A DNA stretch of 64,000 nt, taken from the NCBI RefSeq assembly GCF_009914755.1, contig NC_060928.1. One strand, 5' to 3'. Source of the stretch: the human T2T-CHM13v2.0 reference genome, Homo sapiens. Of this stretch, positions 19,201 through 32,853 are shown piece after piece. Numbering within the stretch: position 1 is the stretch's first letter; every line of letters starts with the position of its first letter. The position numbers and the translations under genes were made by a program. The notes below the pieces were generated by a model. The model was given only the letters and a program-made list of their open reading frames with translations, did no database searches and was not told the origin of the DNA.

Positions 19201-22200
19201 TAAACATCAATAAACTTTTAGCTAGATTAACTTAGAGAAGGAGCAAATAAATAAAATCAGAGATGAAAAATAAAACATCACAACTGATACCACAGAAATA
19301 CAAGGGATCATTAGAGAATATTATGAACAATTATAAACCAACAAATTGGAAAGCCTAGAAGAAATGGATAAATTTCTGGCAACATACAACTCACCAAGAT
19401 TGAGCCATGAAAAAAATAGAAAGCATAAACAGGTCAATAATGAGTAAAAAGATCAAAGAAGTAATAAAATGTCTCACATCAATGAAAAGGCCAGGACCTC
19501 TACTAAATTCTACCAAACATTTGAAAAATAACTTATACAAATTCTATTCAAACTATTTCCCAAAATAGAAGAGGAAGAAGTGCTTTCAAACTCAATATAT
19601 GAGGCCACTGCTACCCTGATACCAAAACCAGACAAGGATAAAACAAACAGAAAACCTATGGGCCAATATCACTGATGAACATATATGTAAAAACCCTGAA
19701 AAATATTAATAAACAGAATTCAACAACACATTAAAAAGATCATTAGCTATGATCAAATGGTATTAATCCCAGGGATGCAAGGATGATTCAATATATGCAA
19801 ATCAATAAACAAAATACTTCACATCAACAGAATCAAGAACAAAAACTGTATGATCATTTCAATAGATGCTAAAAACATTCTGTTAAATTCAACATCTCTT
19901 CATGATAAAATCCCTTAACAAACGGTATATCAGGAATGTGCCTCAACGCAAAAAAGCTGTATATGATAAGCCCACAGCTAATATCATACTGTCATACTAT
20001 AAGGGAAAAAAGTAAAAGCCTTTCCACTAAGATCTGAAACAAACCAGATGCCCGCTTTCACCACTGTTATTCAACATAGTACTGAAGTCCTACCTATAGC
20101 AATTAGGCAAGACAAAGAAATAAAGTGCTTCCAAATTGGAAAGAAAAAAGTCAAATTACTACTATTTGCAAATGACATGTTTTTTTAGGAAAAACTAAAA
20201 GCTTCATGAAAAAAAACCTCTCAGAATTGATACATGAATTTAGTAACATTGCTGGATATAAAATCAATATATAAAAATCAGTAGCATTCTTGTACACTAA
20301 CAGTGATCAATCTGAAAAAGAAATCGAGAGCACAATTCTATTTACAAAAGCTATCAAAAATATACTTAGGAATCAAGTTAATCAAAGAAGTAAAAGATCT
20401 ATACAAGGAAAACTATAAAACACTTATGAAAGAAATTGAAGAGGACACAAATAATTAAAAAGATATTTCATGCTCATAAGTTGGAAGAATTAATATTGTC
20501 AAAATGTCTATACTACCCAAAACTATCTACAGATTCAATGCAATTCCTCTCAAAATACCAATGATATTATTCACAGAAATAGAAAAAACAATCTTAAAAT
20601 TTGTATAGAACCACAAAAAAACCCAAACAACTAAAGAAAACCTGAGCAAAAAGACCAAAGCTGGTGGCACACACTATCTGATTTCATATTATACTGCAAA
20701 ATTATAGTAAGCAAAACAGCATGATACCGACATAGAAACAGACAAGGATACCAATGGAACAGAATAGAGAAACCAGAAATAAATCCACACACTCATTCTC
20801 AACAAAGGCACTAAAAACTTACACTGGGGGAAAGGACAGTCTTTTTAATAAATGGTGCTTGTTAAAGCTGGATATCCATATGTAGAAGAATGAAACTAGA
20901 TTCCCATCTTTCACCATACACAAAATCAACTCAAGCAGATTAAACACTTAAATGTAAAATCTGAAACTATGAAACTACTATGAGAAATTAGGGAAATGCT
21001 ACAGGGCATTGATCTGGGCAAAAGTTTTTTGGGTAAAAGATCAAAAGCACAGGCAACCAAGGCAAAAACAGATAAATGGGATCACATCAAGCTAAAAGGT
21101 TTCTGCACAGCAAAAAGAACAATTAACAAAGTGAAGAAAAAGGACAGAATGAAAGAAAATATTTACAGACTATCCATCTGATAAGGGATTAATAACTAGA
21201 ATATATAAGGAACTCAAACAACTTAATAGCAAAAAAAAAAAACCCAGATATCCAATTAAAAAATGGGCAAAAGACCTCAAAAGACATTTCTCAAAAGAAG
21301 ACATACACATGCCCAACTGGCATATGAAAAAATGTTCAACATCACTAGTCATCCGGGAAATGTAAATAATCAAAACTACTATGAGATATCATTTTACCCC
21401 AGTTAGAATGTACATTATCAAAAGGACAAAAAAAATAAAAAATACTGATGAGATTACATAGAAAGGGAAACACTTGTACACTGTCAGTGGGAATGTACAG
21501 TAGTACAGCCCTTATGTAAAACAATACAGAGTTTCCTCAAAAAACAAAACCCAAAAATATAACTACCATATGATCAAGCAATTTCCCTGCTGGTTATATA
21601 TCCAAAGGGAAAAATCAATATATTGAAGAGGTATCTGTACCCCCATGTTTATTGCAGCACTATTCACAATAGCTAAGATATGGAATCAACCTATGTTCAT
21701 TAACAGATGAATGGATTTTAAAATGTGGCATATACACACAATGGAATAGTATTCAGTCATCAAAAATAATAAAATCCTGTCATTTGCAACAAGAAGTATG
21801 GTCATTATGTTAAGTAAAATAAGCCAAGTACAGAAAAATAAATATCACATGTGTTCTTATATGTGGGAGCCAAAAAAGTGGATTTCATGTAGGTAGAGAG
21901 TAGAATGGTGGTTATTATAGGTAAGGAATAGAATGAAGGAGAGGAGGATGAAGAGAAATTGGTTAATGAATACAAAAATGCAGTTAGATAGAAGGAATAA
22001 GTTCTAGTACTCAATAGCATAGTACAAAAATTATAGTTAACAATAATTTATTGTATATGTGTCAAAATAGCAAGGAAAGAATTGTAACACTTCCAACACA
22101 AAGTAAAGATAAATATTTGAGGTGGTGAATATCCCAATTACTCTGACTTGATCATTACATATTCTATACATGTATCAAAACATCATGTGTCCCAAAATAT

Positions 22201-22228
22201 GAATAACTATGATACAACAATAATAAAT
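16232..22228 (+). mobile_element. Near full-length decayed L1 (L1MA3/4-like) with internal deletions
   Basis: 5' aaaatggcagaatag; ORF1 peptides MTSPNRQNK and IESINSRIDQTEERIS; ORF2 remnants about 17930-21870; 3'UTR gttagatagaaggaataagttctagt. Confidence 0.9.
18026..18152 (+). mobile_element. FLAM-type Alu monomer inside L1 ORF2
   Basis: Single monomer gccaggcatggcagcacatgcctgtgatcccagctactc...cagcctgggcaacatagtgagacc followed by an A tail. Confidence 0.85.
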
Positions 22229-22744
22229 ATCTAAAATTGCTTTACAATTACTTATGTGTACGTAAGTATTGTATAATACTGTGATGAACATAAATTAATT
22301 ATTAATTTCCAAGGGATAGTGCCTGAAAGTATTTTATTTAAAAAATTCTAAATTTAAAGGTTAATTACATCAACCCTTTGATATTAATGATGATGTTAGC
22401 CCAAATTTTTACAAAGAATAAATAGGTCAAAAATTCCAAAGTTTTGGAATCTGAAAGGTTTAATTACAGACTTTTTGAAAAGTTATATTTCCTCTAAACT
22501 GCTTGGAGCACAATCTACCATAAGTTTGATTTTTCTAACATTTTCTTTTATGGCCTTTATTAAACATATTCTTATTGTTTTGGACTTTTAATTCCTTTTT
22601 TCCTGATTTTTAAGCTTTCCATTATAGTAGTGCCTCTATGCAACCTTTCTTTTTATGTAAATGCCATTATATTCCATTTATCTGTCATGGCCAATCGATA
22701 TTCATTGAGTACCTACTATTTAGGACCACAAAGCCTAGCAGTAA

Positions 22745-22996
22745 TAATGATAATAAGAATAACATTATATTTATTAAATATATTTTATGTAATAGCTACC
22801 GCACTTGATATGTCACATTTGACTGAATTCTAACAAAGCTTCCTCATCTATCACAGATAAGGAAACTAAGGCTAAGAAAGTTTAAGTAACTTGCCTAAAG
22901 TTACAGAGGCTAAGAAAGTTTAAGTAACTTGCCTAAAGTTACAGAGACAATAGTGACAGAGAAAGATTTGAATCAGAATTTTTTGACTCCAGAGCC
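22745..22996 (-). mobile_element. MIR containing a 38-bp tandem duplication
   Basis: acagataaggaaactaaggct...aagtaacttgcctaaagttacag...tgactccagagcc. Confidence 0.85.
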
Positions 22997-23347
22997 TTAC
23001 ACTAAGCAGATGTTTATGAATTATTTTGCTGAATAAATGGTTTAAATAATATATCCTTAGCTTTTGATTTCTCAGTAATTTTTACTTATCATCTAAGCTC
23101 CTTTTTACTTCTAAATTTCTATCTCATGTGAATATAATTTTCAATTATGTTTCATCTTCCTGGATAAATGTCATTCTATAAAACATATGCATCTCACAAA
23201 ATTTCAAGCAGAACACTTTGGCTAAGCAAAACTTCAAAGTACACCTTACTCTTCAATAGAAAGATTTACTGCTCTAGGTTAAAATTAAATGCCAGTGAAA
23301 AAGCTTATGGCTAACTTTTAAAGGGCAAGATTTTTTGGTTAAAAGAA

Positions 23348-23492
23348 GGGAGGGATAGCATTAGGAGATATACCTAATGCTAAATGAAGAGTTAATGGGT
23401 GCAGCACACCAACATGGCACATGTATACATATGTAACAAACCTGCACGTTGTGCACACGTACCCTAAAACTTAAAGTATAATAATAATAATT
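23348..23492 (+). mobile_element. L1PA (PA4/5-like) extreme 3' fragment
   Basis: gggagggatagcattaggagatatacctaatg...cctaaaacttaaagtataataat; short aaaagaa repeat on both flanks. Confidence 0.92.
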
Positions 23493-25134
23493 TAAAAAGA
23501 ACAATCATATTGTTTCCAATGCACTTTCATTTATATTATCTCTTCTTTTGCAATAAGACTGTGTAACAATCAAAGAAGTAAAATAACCTCTCCCTATACA
23601 GGATCAGGAGGCAGTAAGTGATAGAACTGAGAGTGGATCTCAGGGAATTCCCACTTTCCTCTCAGCTCAGGTTTCTTCCCAGGGCATCATCATAGCTATG
23701 CCCAGTAGACTGGCTCCCCAGGCTCATGTTTGGCATATTGATTTGTCTTCCTTAAATCATATTAGAGTCCAGAGATAAAAATCTCATTGTGAAATGTGAA
23801 ACTGCTCTACACACATGATAATTCATATCCATTCTCTATTGGCTGAAAAACATGATCAGTCTGTTATGTGTTATTAGTAGTTCCAAACAGTGCAACAAAA
23901 TATGGAATGAATGAGTATGTCCAGAGTATGTTCTCCTTACTATTATTTTCTACTTAAAGGATATGTCTGGTGATACTAATGTTCTCAATTTCTCACAGAT
24001 TCTTTCAGATCTTATATTACTCTTTCTACTCCCCTCCATAGAAGGCAGACTTTCCTTAGGGGAAATTAGAGGGAAAGGGCACTTTTTCATACTGCCTGGA
24101 AATAATAGGTAAAATTGCCTGTGAAACACTTTATCAAACAGTGCTGGACTAAAGTGAAAGCACAATTTGCTTACAGTTAAATTTCTGGTTCACTGCATTT
24201 TACAAACTATTTTATAATGGAAAACAAATGTGTATCAAATTTGAAACAAAGGGAGAAGTTAGAAACTATTTTCCTAATTAGAGAATGGTTATCAAACATG
24301 TGGTGTTTTTCACTGTAAATAAATTTAGAAGATACCTTACTGAGTTGTATTTATTTGTCTTTGCATATCTTGGATGAATTTGTCTGTGACAAATAATGAA
24401 AAATATATATATGAATAGAGCTAGACATTAATTTTCTATTTTTACACAGTGATAATTACATTCTCTTCTCATTAACATTCCCATGAACTTCAAACATTAA
24501 GTGAGATTTTTGTTCCACTTCATCAGAGTTTTTCTATACATGGTATGGTCTTTGAAGTTAATTGGAGCCCTCCATGTTAAAGCAAGATGAGAGTTAAGAG
24601 TGAAAGCAAGCCCTGGCATCACTATCACAGAACTTGTGATAACCTCGATTGCAAGACCAGACAAGTTCTAACCATTATACAGAGAGCTCTGCCTACAAGT
24701 AACACCTGAGGGACAATACACTATGAAAACAACAAAGCACTGGCTGCTGCAGACAAGCACAATGACTTGAATGGGAAAAGCAAATTTTCTTTTCTCTTAT
24801 ATCTCTCATATCACTGAGAGATATAAGAGATCTTTTATTCACATTTAACCTACTGTGTAAATGACACCCATTAGAACAATAGTTTAGAGCAATAAGAGAT
24901 TGATCATCCCAACTACCCATGTCTAAACTAAATATAAATAATATGTTCTGAGCACTGACTGTATTGGTCACTGTGGATGCAATCCTAAGCAAAGAAAAAA
25001 CAGAGTTTGCAGTCTTTCATCTTGGATGAAAAGTCAATGGCGATATTCCTGGATAAAAGTTATACTATGATAATTTTTAGAGTTACTATATTTTGTAACA
25101 CTTTAATAATGAAGGCCCACTTTTGTTTTTATTA

Positions 25135-25335
25135 CTATTAATTTATGAGTGCTTGTTATTGTGGAGAATCTTTCTTACATTATCTCATTTAGTCATTTTA
25201 ACAACCCTAGGAAACAGGTGTCTTTCTTCATTTTTAGCTGCTTGAGAGATGGAAGATTAAAAGGTTAAGTATTTTGCCCAGTGTCAAATAATAAATGAGA
25301 GGAGAGTTCAAACTCAGATCTGCCTCACTCTGAAC
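25135..25335 (-). mobile_element. MIR remnant
   Basis: cattatctcatttagtc...acaaccct...aggttaagtattttgccca...ttcaaactcagatctg. Confidence 0.65.
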
Positions 25336-26609
25336 TTACAAATAACAGGCTGTAATGCTCTTTAAAATGAGAAGTATAATTTGCAAGACTTTCAAGTCTC
25401 ATATACATGGAGTCTTACTGAAAAGAACAGAAAAGCATTAAGTAACTGGTACATGACTAAGAAGTGCAGAAAAATACTCTTCTCAGAATCTAATTTTCTT
25501 CTTGACAATCAGGGACCCCTACTAGACAGAGCATGAAGATTTGTAGCAGCATATGGGCAGGGTACATGTTTTCTTTTCTTAAGCATTTAATAAAACATTG
25601 ACTGCATTGAGGTTCTTTGTTTTACTGTTTGTTTTTGCTTTTTAAAAATATTTTGCAGATGAGCATTGAATAAAGTAGGTGTTTAGCAGGACCAGTGCAA
25701 GCAGATGCTGCACCGAGTCAAGTTTTCTAGTCAGGTGTTGCCTCATGCTCTGCCCTGCCCATCTCCACAGTCTCAATATTGCCTGCACAGTGTCTTCATT
25801 CACATGTTAAGGGAGCTGAAACTTTTAAATGAGTTTGAAAAAAAACTAATATTTTGCACCAAATTTCTGGATATGAATTTACATTAAGCCATTGTCAAAG
25901 TTATAAAATTGTTAAATTTTACTAGGGAGAGTTGCTGAAGAGGACCTACATATAAAATAATTTCATGAGAATTTATTTTGAAGACAGTCTGAGGTGAAGA
26001 TTCTTTGAGTATCTGGCTCATGTAATATGCATATACTCTGCATATAGTAAATCAATATATTAAAGAAAATATATTGCTTTTAAAATCACACACGTAAATT
26101 TTTTCCCCTGCTCTTATAAATTTTACATGATTAAAAAGTAAAGAAATAGCACACGATTATCAACTAATGGTATTCTAACTAGGAAAATTTGTTTTAACCA
26201 TAAACATGCATAATAAGATCCATTTACGCATCTATATAACACACAAATACTAAATACATAGATCTGTTGTTTTGATCCAATGAATCTGAATAAACTGCCA
26301 CCTCATGAGCAGGTTATAGGTTTGGTGGTATAATCACCTTATTTTCTGAGGGAAAAAAATATAGAGCTATCTCTTTCCTGGGTTAATGAGGGGTAGTACA
26401 CTGACACCCCTCCACTCTGTTTTGAATTTCAAAGTTACCTTTTCAATACAAAAATTTTCTCAACGATTGAAAAATCCATCTCATTCTCAAAGAATCAGTC
26501 AAGTATTCCTCTTGTAAGTAAGTACAGATAGCTAAGTTTCATAGCAGAAATCCCAGTGAAATTTTATGTGTGATTGCTTCCCTATTTGATATTATGTTTC
26601 CTCAGTATT

Positions 26610-26725
26610 CTAGACTCTCTGTGAGTTTGAGAACAAGATGGTTTTGTTATTTCACAGTTTATGCCTAGCAGAATACCTAACATGTATTAGGGGTTCAATC
26701 AATATCTACTGGATAAATAAATAAA
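26610..26725 (+). mobile_element. L2 3' end
   Basis: gcctagcagaatacctaacatgtattaggggttcaatcaatatctactggataaataa. Confidence 0.6.
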
Positions 26726-26786
26726 TTAGGACAAAAGATTTGAAAAATGATTTTTGTGTCTTTTCTAAGTTTAAGATTCTGTAGCA

Positions 26787-28281
26787 TGGAAAGTTCATAT
26801 GGAGCTAAAAAATAATTCCTGAATAGCCAAAGCACTTTTAAGCAAAAAGAACAAATCAGACATCACATTGTCTGAATTCAAATTATACTACAAGGGTCTA
26901 ATAACTAAAATGGCATGGTACTGGTACAAAAATAGACATATAGATGAATGGAACAGAATCCAGAATCCAGAAATGAAGCCACATAACTACAACCCACTGA
27001 TCTTCAATAAAGCTGGCAAAAGTAAACAATGTGGAAAGGACATACTATTCAATAAATAATGCTGATAAAATTGGCTACCCATATGCAGAGGAACAAACCT
27101 AGACCCCTGTCTCTCATCATATATAAAAATTAACCCAATATGGATTAAAAACCTAAATGGAAGACTTGAACCTATAAAAATCCTAGAAGAAAACCTAGGA
27201 AAAAACTTTTCTGGACATTGGCCTAGGCAAATAATTCATGACAATGACCCCAAAAGCAAATGCAACAAAAACAATAATAGACACATGAGACCAAATTAAA
27301 CTAAAAAGCTCTGCACAGTGAAAGAAATAATCAACAAACAGACAATCTACAGAATGAGAGAAAGTATTTGCAAATTATGCCTCCAATAAAAACTAATATC
27401 CATAAGCTACAAGGAACTCAAACAACTCAACAAGAAAAAACAAGCAACCCTATTAAAAATTGAGCAAAGAACATGAACAGAAATTTCTTAAAGGAAGAAA
27501 TATAAGTGACCAACAAACCTATGAAAAAATGCTCAAAATCACTAATCATCAGAGGAATGCAAATTAAAACTACACTGAAATATCATCTTATACCAATCAG
27601 AATGGCTACTATTAAAAAGTCAAAAAATAATAGATGCTGGCATGGATTTAGAGAAAGGGAATGCTAATACACTGTTGGTGGGAATGTAAATTAGTACAAC
27701 CTCTATGGAAAACAATATGGAAATATCTCAATAACTAAAAATAGAACTACTGTTTAACCCAGCAATCCTACTACTGGGCATCTACCCAAAGGAAGAGAAA
27801 GCATTACATAAAAAAATAAACACCTGCACTCAGATGTTTATTGCAGCACTATTTACAATAGCAAAGTAATGGAATCAACCCAAGTGTCTGCCAATGGTTG
27901 ATTGGATAGAGAAAATGTGGTATATACACCATTGAATACTATGCAGCCATAAAAAAATAAAGTCATGTTCTTTGCAGCAACATGGACAGAGCTGGAGGTC
28001 ATTATCCTAGCTAACTCAGAAGCAGATCAAATATCACATGCTCTCTCTTATAAGTGGGAGCTAAACAAAGGGTACACATGGACATAATGATGGTGATAAC
28101 AGACACTGAGAATTCCAAAAGTGGGGAGAGGTTCCAGAGAGTGAGATACAATGTTCAATATTTGGGTGATGGGTACACTAGAATCCCAATCCCCATCATT
28201 ACACATTTAGTGCCCATGTAACAAACAAGTACCTGTACCCTCTGAATCTTAAATTTTTTAAAAAAGGATTTGGGATTTAAA
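26787..28281 (+). mobile_element. 5'-truncated L1PB-like element (ORF2 C-terminal part and 3'UTR)
   Basis: Peptide [28 protein letters not shown]; 3'UTR tttgggtgatgggtacactagaa; probable TSD aagattctgtagca / aaaattatgtagca. Confidence 0.9.
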
Positions 28282-28329
28282 AAAATTATGTAGCACAAGA
28301 GTTAATAGAAAGAGTTATTGAGTACATTG

Positions 28330-28495
28330 TATCAAACACTCATATATCATTTAATTCAATCCTTACAACATCCTGAGAGAGTAGTTTTCTTATCCCTATT
28401 TTACAGATGAGGATATAGGTTGAGATAGGTCACACAGCTAGAAAATAGTAGAGTTACATTCCCTACTGAGGTCTGTGTGAATACTGAGGCCATGC
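28330..28495 (-). mobile_element. MIR
   Basis: tatccctattttacagatgagga...ggtcacacagctag. Confidence 0.75.
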
Positions 28496-28750
28496 TGACT
28501 CTTGTGGAGTACAGCCTCCGACATGTTGTTTGATTGAGACGTGTTCTGTAAGCCAAGCAGTTCTAATTATATAAGAGAACTAATAATGCTCATAAAACCC
28601 CAAAATATCAGGATTTTAAACTAGTCCAGATAATTCACAAAAACAATCACGACTAGGCTTAAGACCAACCCAATGAACTAATGTTTGTCTTAATTTTCTT
28701 TCAATGATCTTAATCTCCCAAAGTTCATCTAGTATTCTTCACCTATTAGT

Positions 28751-28879
28751 TAGGGAAACATACACATGAGATTTTCTGAGACAGTCCCAGTTTACGCCTA
28801 TATTCCTGGTGATGTTATTAGTAATACCCCCTTTTACTCACAAAAGTGTTTCACTTTAGATTATATTTCTGATCATCCT
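28751..28879 (+). mobile_element. MER94 hAT MITE
   Basis: taggg...tccta ends; gacagtcccagtttacgcct, cccccttttactcacaaaagtgt. Confidence 0.75.
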
Positions 28880-29964
28880 ACCTTTCAGGGCTCTCTTGGC
28901 CTCTGAGCTCCCAGGATCCATTGTGTTTCTGTTGCCTGGGGCCCGAACTGTGGAGTTCAACTTGCTAGAAACTTTGTCTTACTTCTCATTCTCTAGCAAA
29001 ATTACTTGCCCAGAAAGCAGTGCCCTCAGTCCTTACTTTTTATGACGAACTATTCTATTCCATGCTTTGCCTGACTTAAATGTTCCATCTCTCACAGGTG
29101 ACACGTATATATTTCAAATGAAACTTCCATTTAGACAGATTTTTTAAATAACCAAAGTTAAGTTGACCCTTCTACTTACAGCAGGTTATAGTCATTGTCT
29201 TAATCCATTACAGGTTTTCCGTATCCAGCACTAAAACTATGTAAGCCAGTTTTACTTTTAGGGAAAAGGATTACATTTCCTCACCTCTGATATGATCACT
29301 TCTTTGGAGTTCCTTCCACTTTAGGCTTATAAGCAAATATTGGGTTGATGCTTGGTAAATCCACTGATTAGAGTGAAGTATTGCTCAAATTCTAAAAGTC
29401 CAATTAGCATGCTTCACTGATGCCTCTTTTTAACCAATGCTATATTGTACCCCTTTCTTCTACTTATCCCAGGGTTTGGTTCAATTTCAGATGACTCAAA
29501 TCAACAAGATTCTATTATGATTTCCTGTGACATAGCAACTCATTTGACCCATAATTTTTTTTTATCTTACCGTGTGTCTTGCAGACAAAATAAGACAGTA
29601 AATTTGTTAAAATGTCAGAAATGTTTTCTCAGACCAAAAATGTCTTTATTGTTTTAAAGGGAAAATTTTGCACCCAGTGATATAGTTTTCAAAAGTAAAC
29701 ACCTTGTTGTGTGGAATAAAACTGTATTTAGTTTATATTTGAAAAATGCTAATTTTAAAAATATACTTAAAATTTACTGTCACTTCAAAGGACGTGTGAC
29801 TTTCCTAACTGGAAATTGTATTGTTATTATGACAAATAACAGTGATTCAAAAGAATTCTTACTGTCATAAATTTACTAGCATTTTCTCTTCCTTTCCCAG
29901 GACAAATTTGAGGATTTTTAAATTAAATTAACATCTTTTAACGCAAATTATTTTTCAAACTAGA

Positions 29965-30305
29965 TTTTTTTAATTATACTTTAAATTTTAGGGTACATGT
30001 GCACAACGTGCAGGTTAGTTACATATGTATACATGTGCCATGTTGGTGCGCTGCACCCATTAACTCGTCATTTAACATTAGGTATATCTCCTAATGCTAT
30101 CCCTCCCTCCTCCCCCCACCCCACAACAGGCCCCGGTATGTGATGTTCCCCTTCCTGTGTCCATGTGTTCTCATTGTTCAATTCCCACCTATGAGTGAGA
30201 ACATGCTGTGTTTGGTTTTTTGTCCTTGCGATAGTTTGCTGAGAATGATGGTTTCCAGCTTCATCCATGTCCCTACAAAGGACATGAACTCATCATTTTT
30301 TATGG
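29965..30305 (-). mobile_element. L1PA3-like 3' fragment
   Basis: ttttagggtacatgtgcacaacgtgcaggttagttacatatg; very close to the young L1 consensus. Confidence 0.93.
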
Positions 30306-30572
30306 GTATCCCATTTTAAAAACTATATATGTTTTTGAAAATGGCAAAAAGTTGTCTCCTCGGGTTGCTTTGCTCCAGTTAGATGGGATGCACACAAGTA
30401 AAAATAAGAGGGATATGGAGGAGAGAAAGAGAAGTAGTTGGTATAGACTTTGGTAGACTCAGAAGGTAGCATAAACCTGACTTCTGTGCCTCCCTTATAC
30501 TACTAACAACTCAGAAGTGTGCCTCTTACCGTTTGTTAACCACAAAATCAAGTAAGAATTGATGTAGGTCCA

Positions 30573-30730
30573 TTGTTTCACCAGCACCATGTGGAAACTT
30601 GCTAGAAATGCAAATTTTTAGGCTCTATCCCAAACCAACTGAACCAGAAACTCTGGGGATGAGAATTTGCAATTGCGCTGTAACAAGTCCTTCAGGTGAT
30701 TCTCTTGTACCTTAAGTTTCAGAACCATTG
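30573..30730. mobile_element. MER5A
   Basis: aacttgctagaaatgcaaatt...ctgaaccagaaactctgggg...taacaagtccttcaggtgattct. Confidence 0.85.
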
Positions 30731-30950
30731 CTTCAGGATAAGGATACCACGGACAGGAAAGAGGACCATAAAAACAGTTTCTATTCTCAATGAATTTACA
30801 ATCCAGTGGGAGAAAATGTTAGCTAGGTGGAAAGATCATTCATGATTCCAGCACAACTAATGCTACCTCCCAGACTGCACAGGGCCATAGGCAGAATAGA
30901 AATCCTATATGGCTGAGTGATTGGGAAGGTGAGATTTGACATGAGCCTTT

Positions 30951-31325
30951 CTGGCAGAAACTCCTAGCTATTCACAAAATCCCTATTTTATTTTGTCCAT
31001 GGCACATAGCAAGACCATATTCCCAGCTTTCCTTAGCACTACATGTAGTCATAAGACAACTTTTTCTATGAGCAGAAGTGATATGTGCTGCTGCTAAGCT
31101 AAGGATTTCAGAAGTGGGTGTTTTCTTTTAATGCATTCTCTCTTTATCTTTTTGCTGGCTGTGAGCAAGTGGAAATGTCAAGAATCTGGGAATGGTAGAG
31201 TTCCAAGATGGAAGAAGTCTGTGTTCCTGATTCATTGCATCAAAGAAAACTTTTTGGAATATTCAGTGAAAAAGAAGTAAAGTTCTATTGAGTTTTAGCA
31301 GTTATATATTGGAATACAATACTAG
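30951..31325 (+). mobile_element. MaLR LTR (MLT1I/J-like)
   Basis: atattcccagctttccttagc, tgagcagaagtgatatgtg, caagatggaagaagtctgtgttcctga. Confidence 0.7.
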
Positions 31326-31493
31326 AAGTAGTGTGAAAAACAATGCTATTCTACTGAGAGAGAAAATATTAGTAAAGCCATGGAAATGTCACCAGAGGGT
31401 GGCAACAGTCAGAAATGGCTGCAGCATCAGCATGTCTGTGTGGACAAAATGACTGAGTTTGTTGGGTCAGGGAGGACTGAGCAGATTCTGGAA

Positions 31494-31915
31494 TGTTACA
31501 TAAGTTAGAATGCTTTGGCTGCAACTAACAGGTAACTCAGACTGGATTTTAAAAAATAAGGCAGTTAATTAATGAAACAGGAAGTTCCAAGGAGTCAGGC
31601 TCAGGCATATTCACTAAGGCATCTTTGTGATGAAGTCTCTTGTCTCTTTCCTCTTACACATGTTGACTTCATCCTCAGGCTTGAAACAAGAAGACTGTAG
31701 CCCTGCATCTTGTTCCAGATGAGTGATCCAGATCTAACATCACCCAGGGCCCAAAGGTCATTTTCCTCAAGACTATTTTTTGAGGAGAGGAGTATTTTCT
31801 CAGAATCATGTTCCTACATAACACTGACTTCTCCTCATATCCCATTAGGATGTCTTGCCATGTGCTCATTCCTAAACTAGACATTGACAAGGGGAAAATA
31901 GAATCACTGCCCATG
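31494..31915 (-). mobile_element. MaLR LTR (MLT1K/L-like)
   Basis: agttagaatgctttggctgcaactaacag start; catgtgctcattcctaaac. Confidence 0.7.
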
Positions 31916-31923
31916 GCTCAGAC

Positions 31924-32085
31924 CACTGGCTTTCAATCCTGTTTGCATATTAGAATGCCCCAGAGAGTTTTGGTAAAACCTTGATGCCCCAACAACTGAG
32001 ATTCAATAGGGCCTATGTCTTGGTAATTAAATAAAAAAATCTCCCCAAGATATTCTAATCTATAGCCAGAATTGAGAAACTCCAA
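31924..32085. mobile_element. MER5B
   Basis: ttcaatcctgtttgcatattagaat...ctccccaagatattctaat...gccagaattgagaa. Confidence 0.7.
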
Positions 32086-32638
32086 CTTAGATGAATCATT
32101 GGAAATTGAATGGATTTGGGGGTAGTAATGACAGAGAAAACCATAAAGGACTTACTTTAATTTTAATTTTATTTTCTAGACTGAGAGGAGCCATGGAAGA
32201 TTTATAAACAGAAACCAGGGCCATGTTATCAAAAGTGACCCGATAAGCTATGGGCCCCTCTACCCAGCAGAGAGTCTGACAAAGCCCTCAGAAGGTGCTC
32301 AGTCACTATCAGTTAGGTGAATCAATGAACCGAAAATTCTGCAGACAAGCATACTGGTTCAGCCTTTGCATCCACTGGGCATGTAAAAACTGGAATAGGT
32401 AAAAGAGCTACCATGTATTCTGATTTTATCTTCTTTTTAAGCAAACCTAAGACTGTTTTGGAAATCCAAATGTATAATCAGATTTTTAAAATAAATTTTA
32501 GGTAATTATTATTTTGATTTTTAGATAATTGTTTTATGTCTCTAAAACTCAGATTCTGAGTCTTTTCAATCTAAATCTGTTCTCATGGCGGCCGCGAGCG
32601 CCTTTGATTCCATTGAAATATGAAACAGATTTTCTCAA

Positions 32639-32853
32639 TCCTGGTTCTCAACTAGGGGAAGTATTGCCCCCTAGGGTACATTTGTCACGTGTCTGGAGAC
32701 ATTTTAAGTTGTCTCAACTGGGAAAATGCTATAGGCATTTAGAGGAAAAATTCTAGGAATACTGCTAAACATCTTACAGTTCACAGGGTAGACCTTCACA
32801 ACAAAGAATTATCTGGCCCAAAATGTCCATAGTTCTGAAGTTGAGCAACCCTG
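32639..32853. mobile_element. MER20 hAT MITE
   Basis: tggttctcaactagggg, tgtctggagacatttt, aacaaagaattatctggcccaaaatgtc, gttgagcaaccctg. Confidence 0.9.

Larger units (their letters stand above)
30740..32225 (-). mobile_element. Fragmented L2 interrupted by two MLT1 LTRs and a MER5B
   Basis: ctattctcaatgaatttacaatccagtgggag; aggtgagatttgacatgagcc; ggagccatggaagattt. Confidence 0.5.

Noticed and set aside
16617-21373. Coiled-coil and RT-like peptides
   Set aside because: Decayed L1MA ORF1/ORF2
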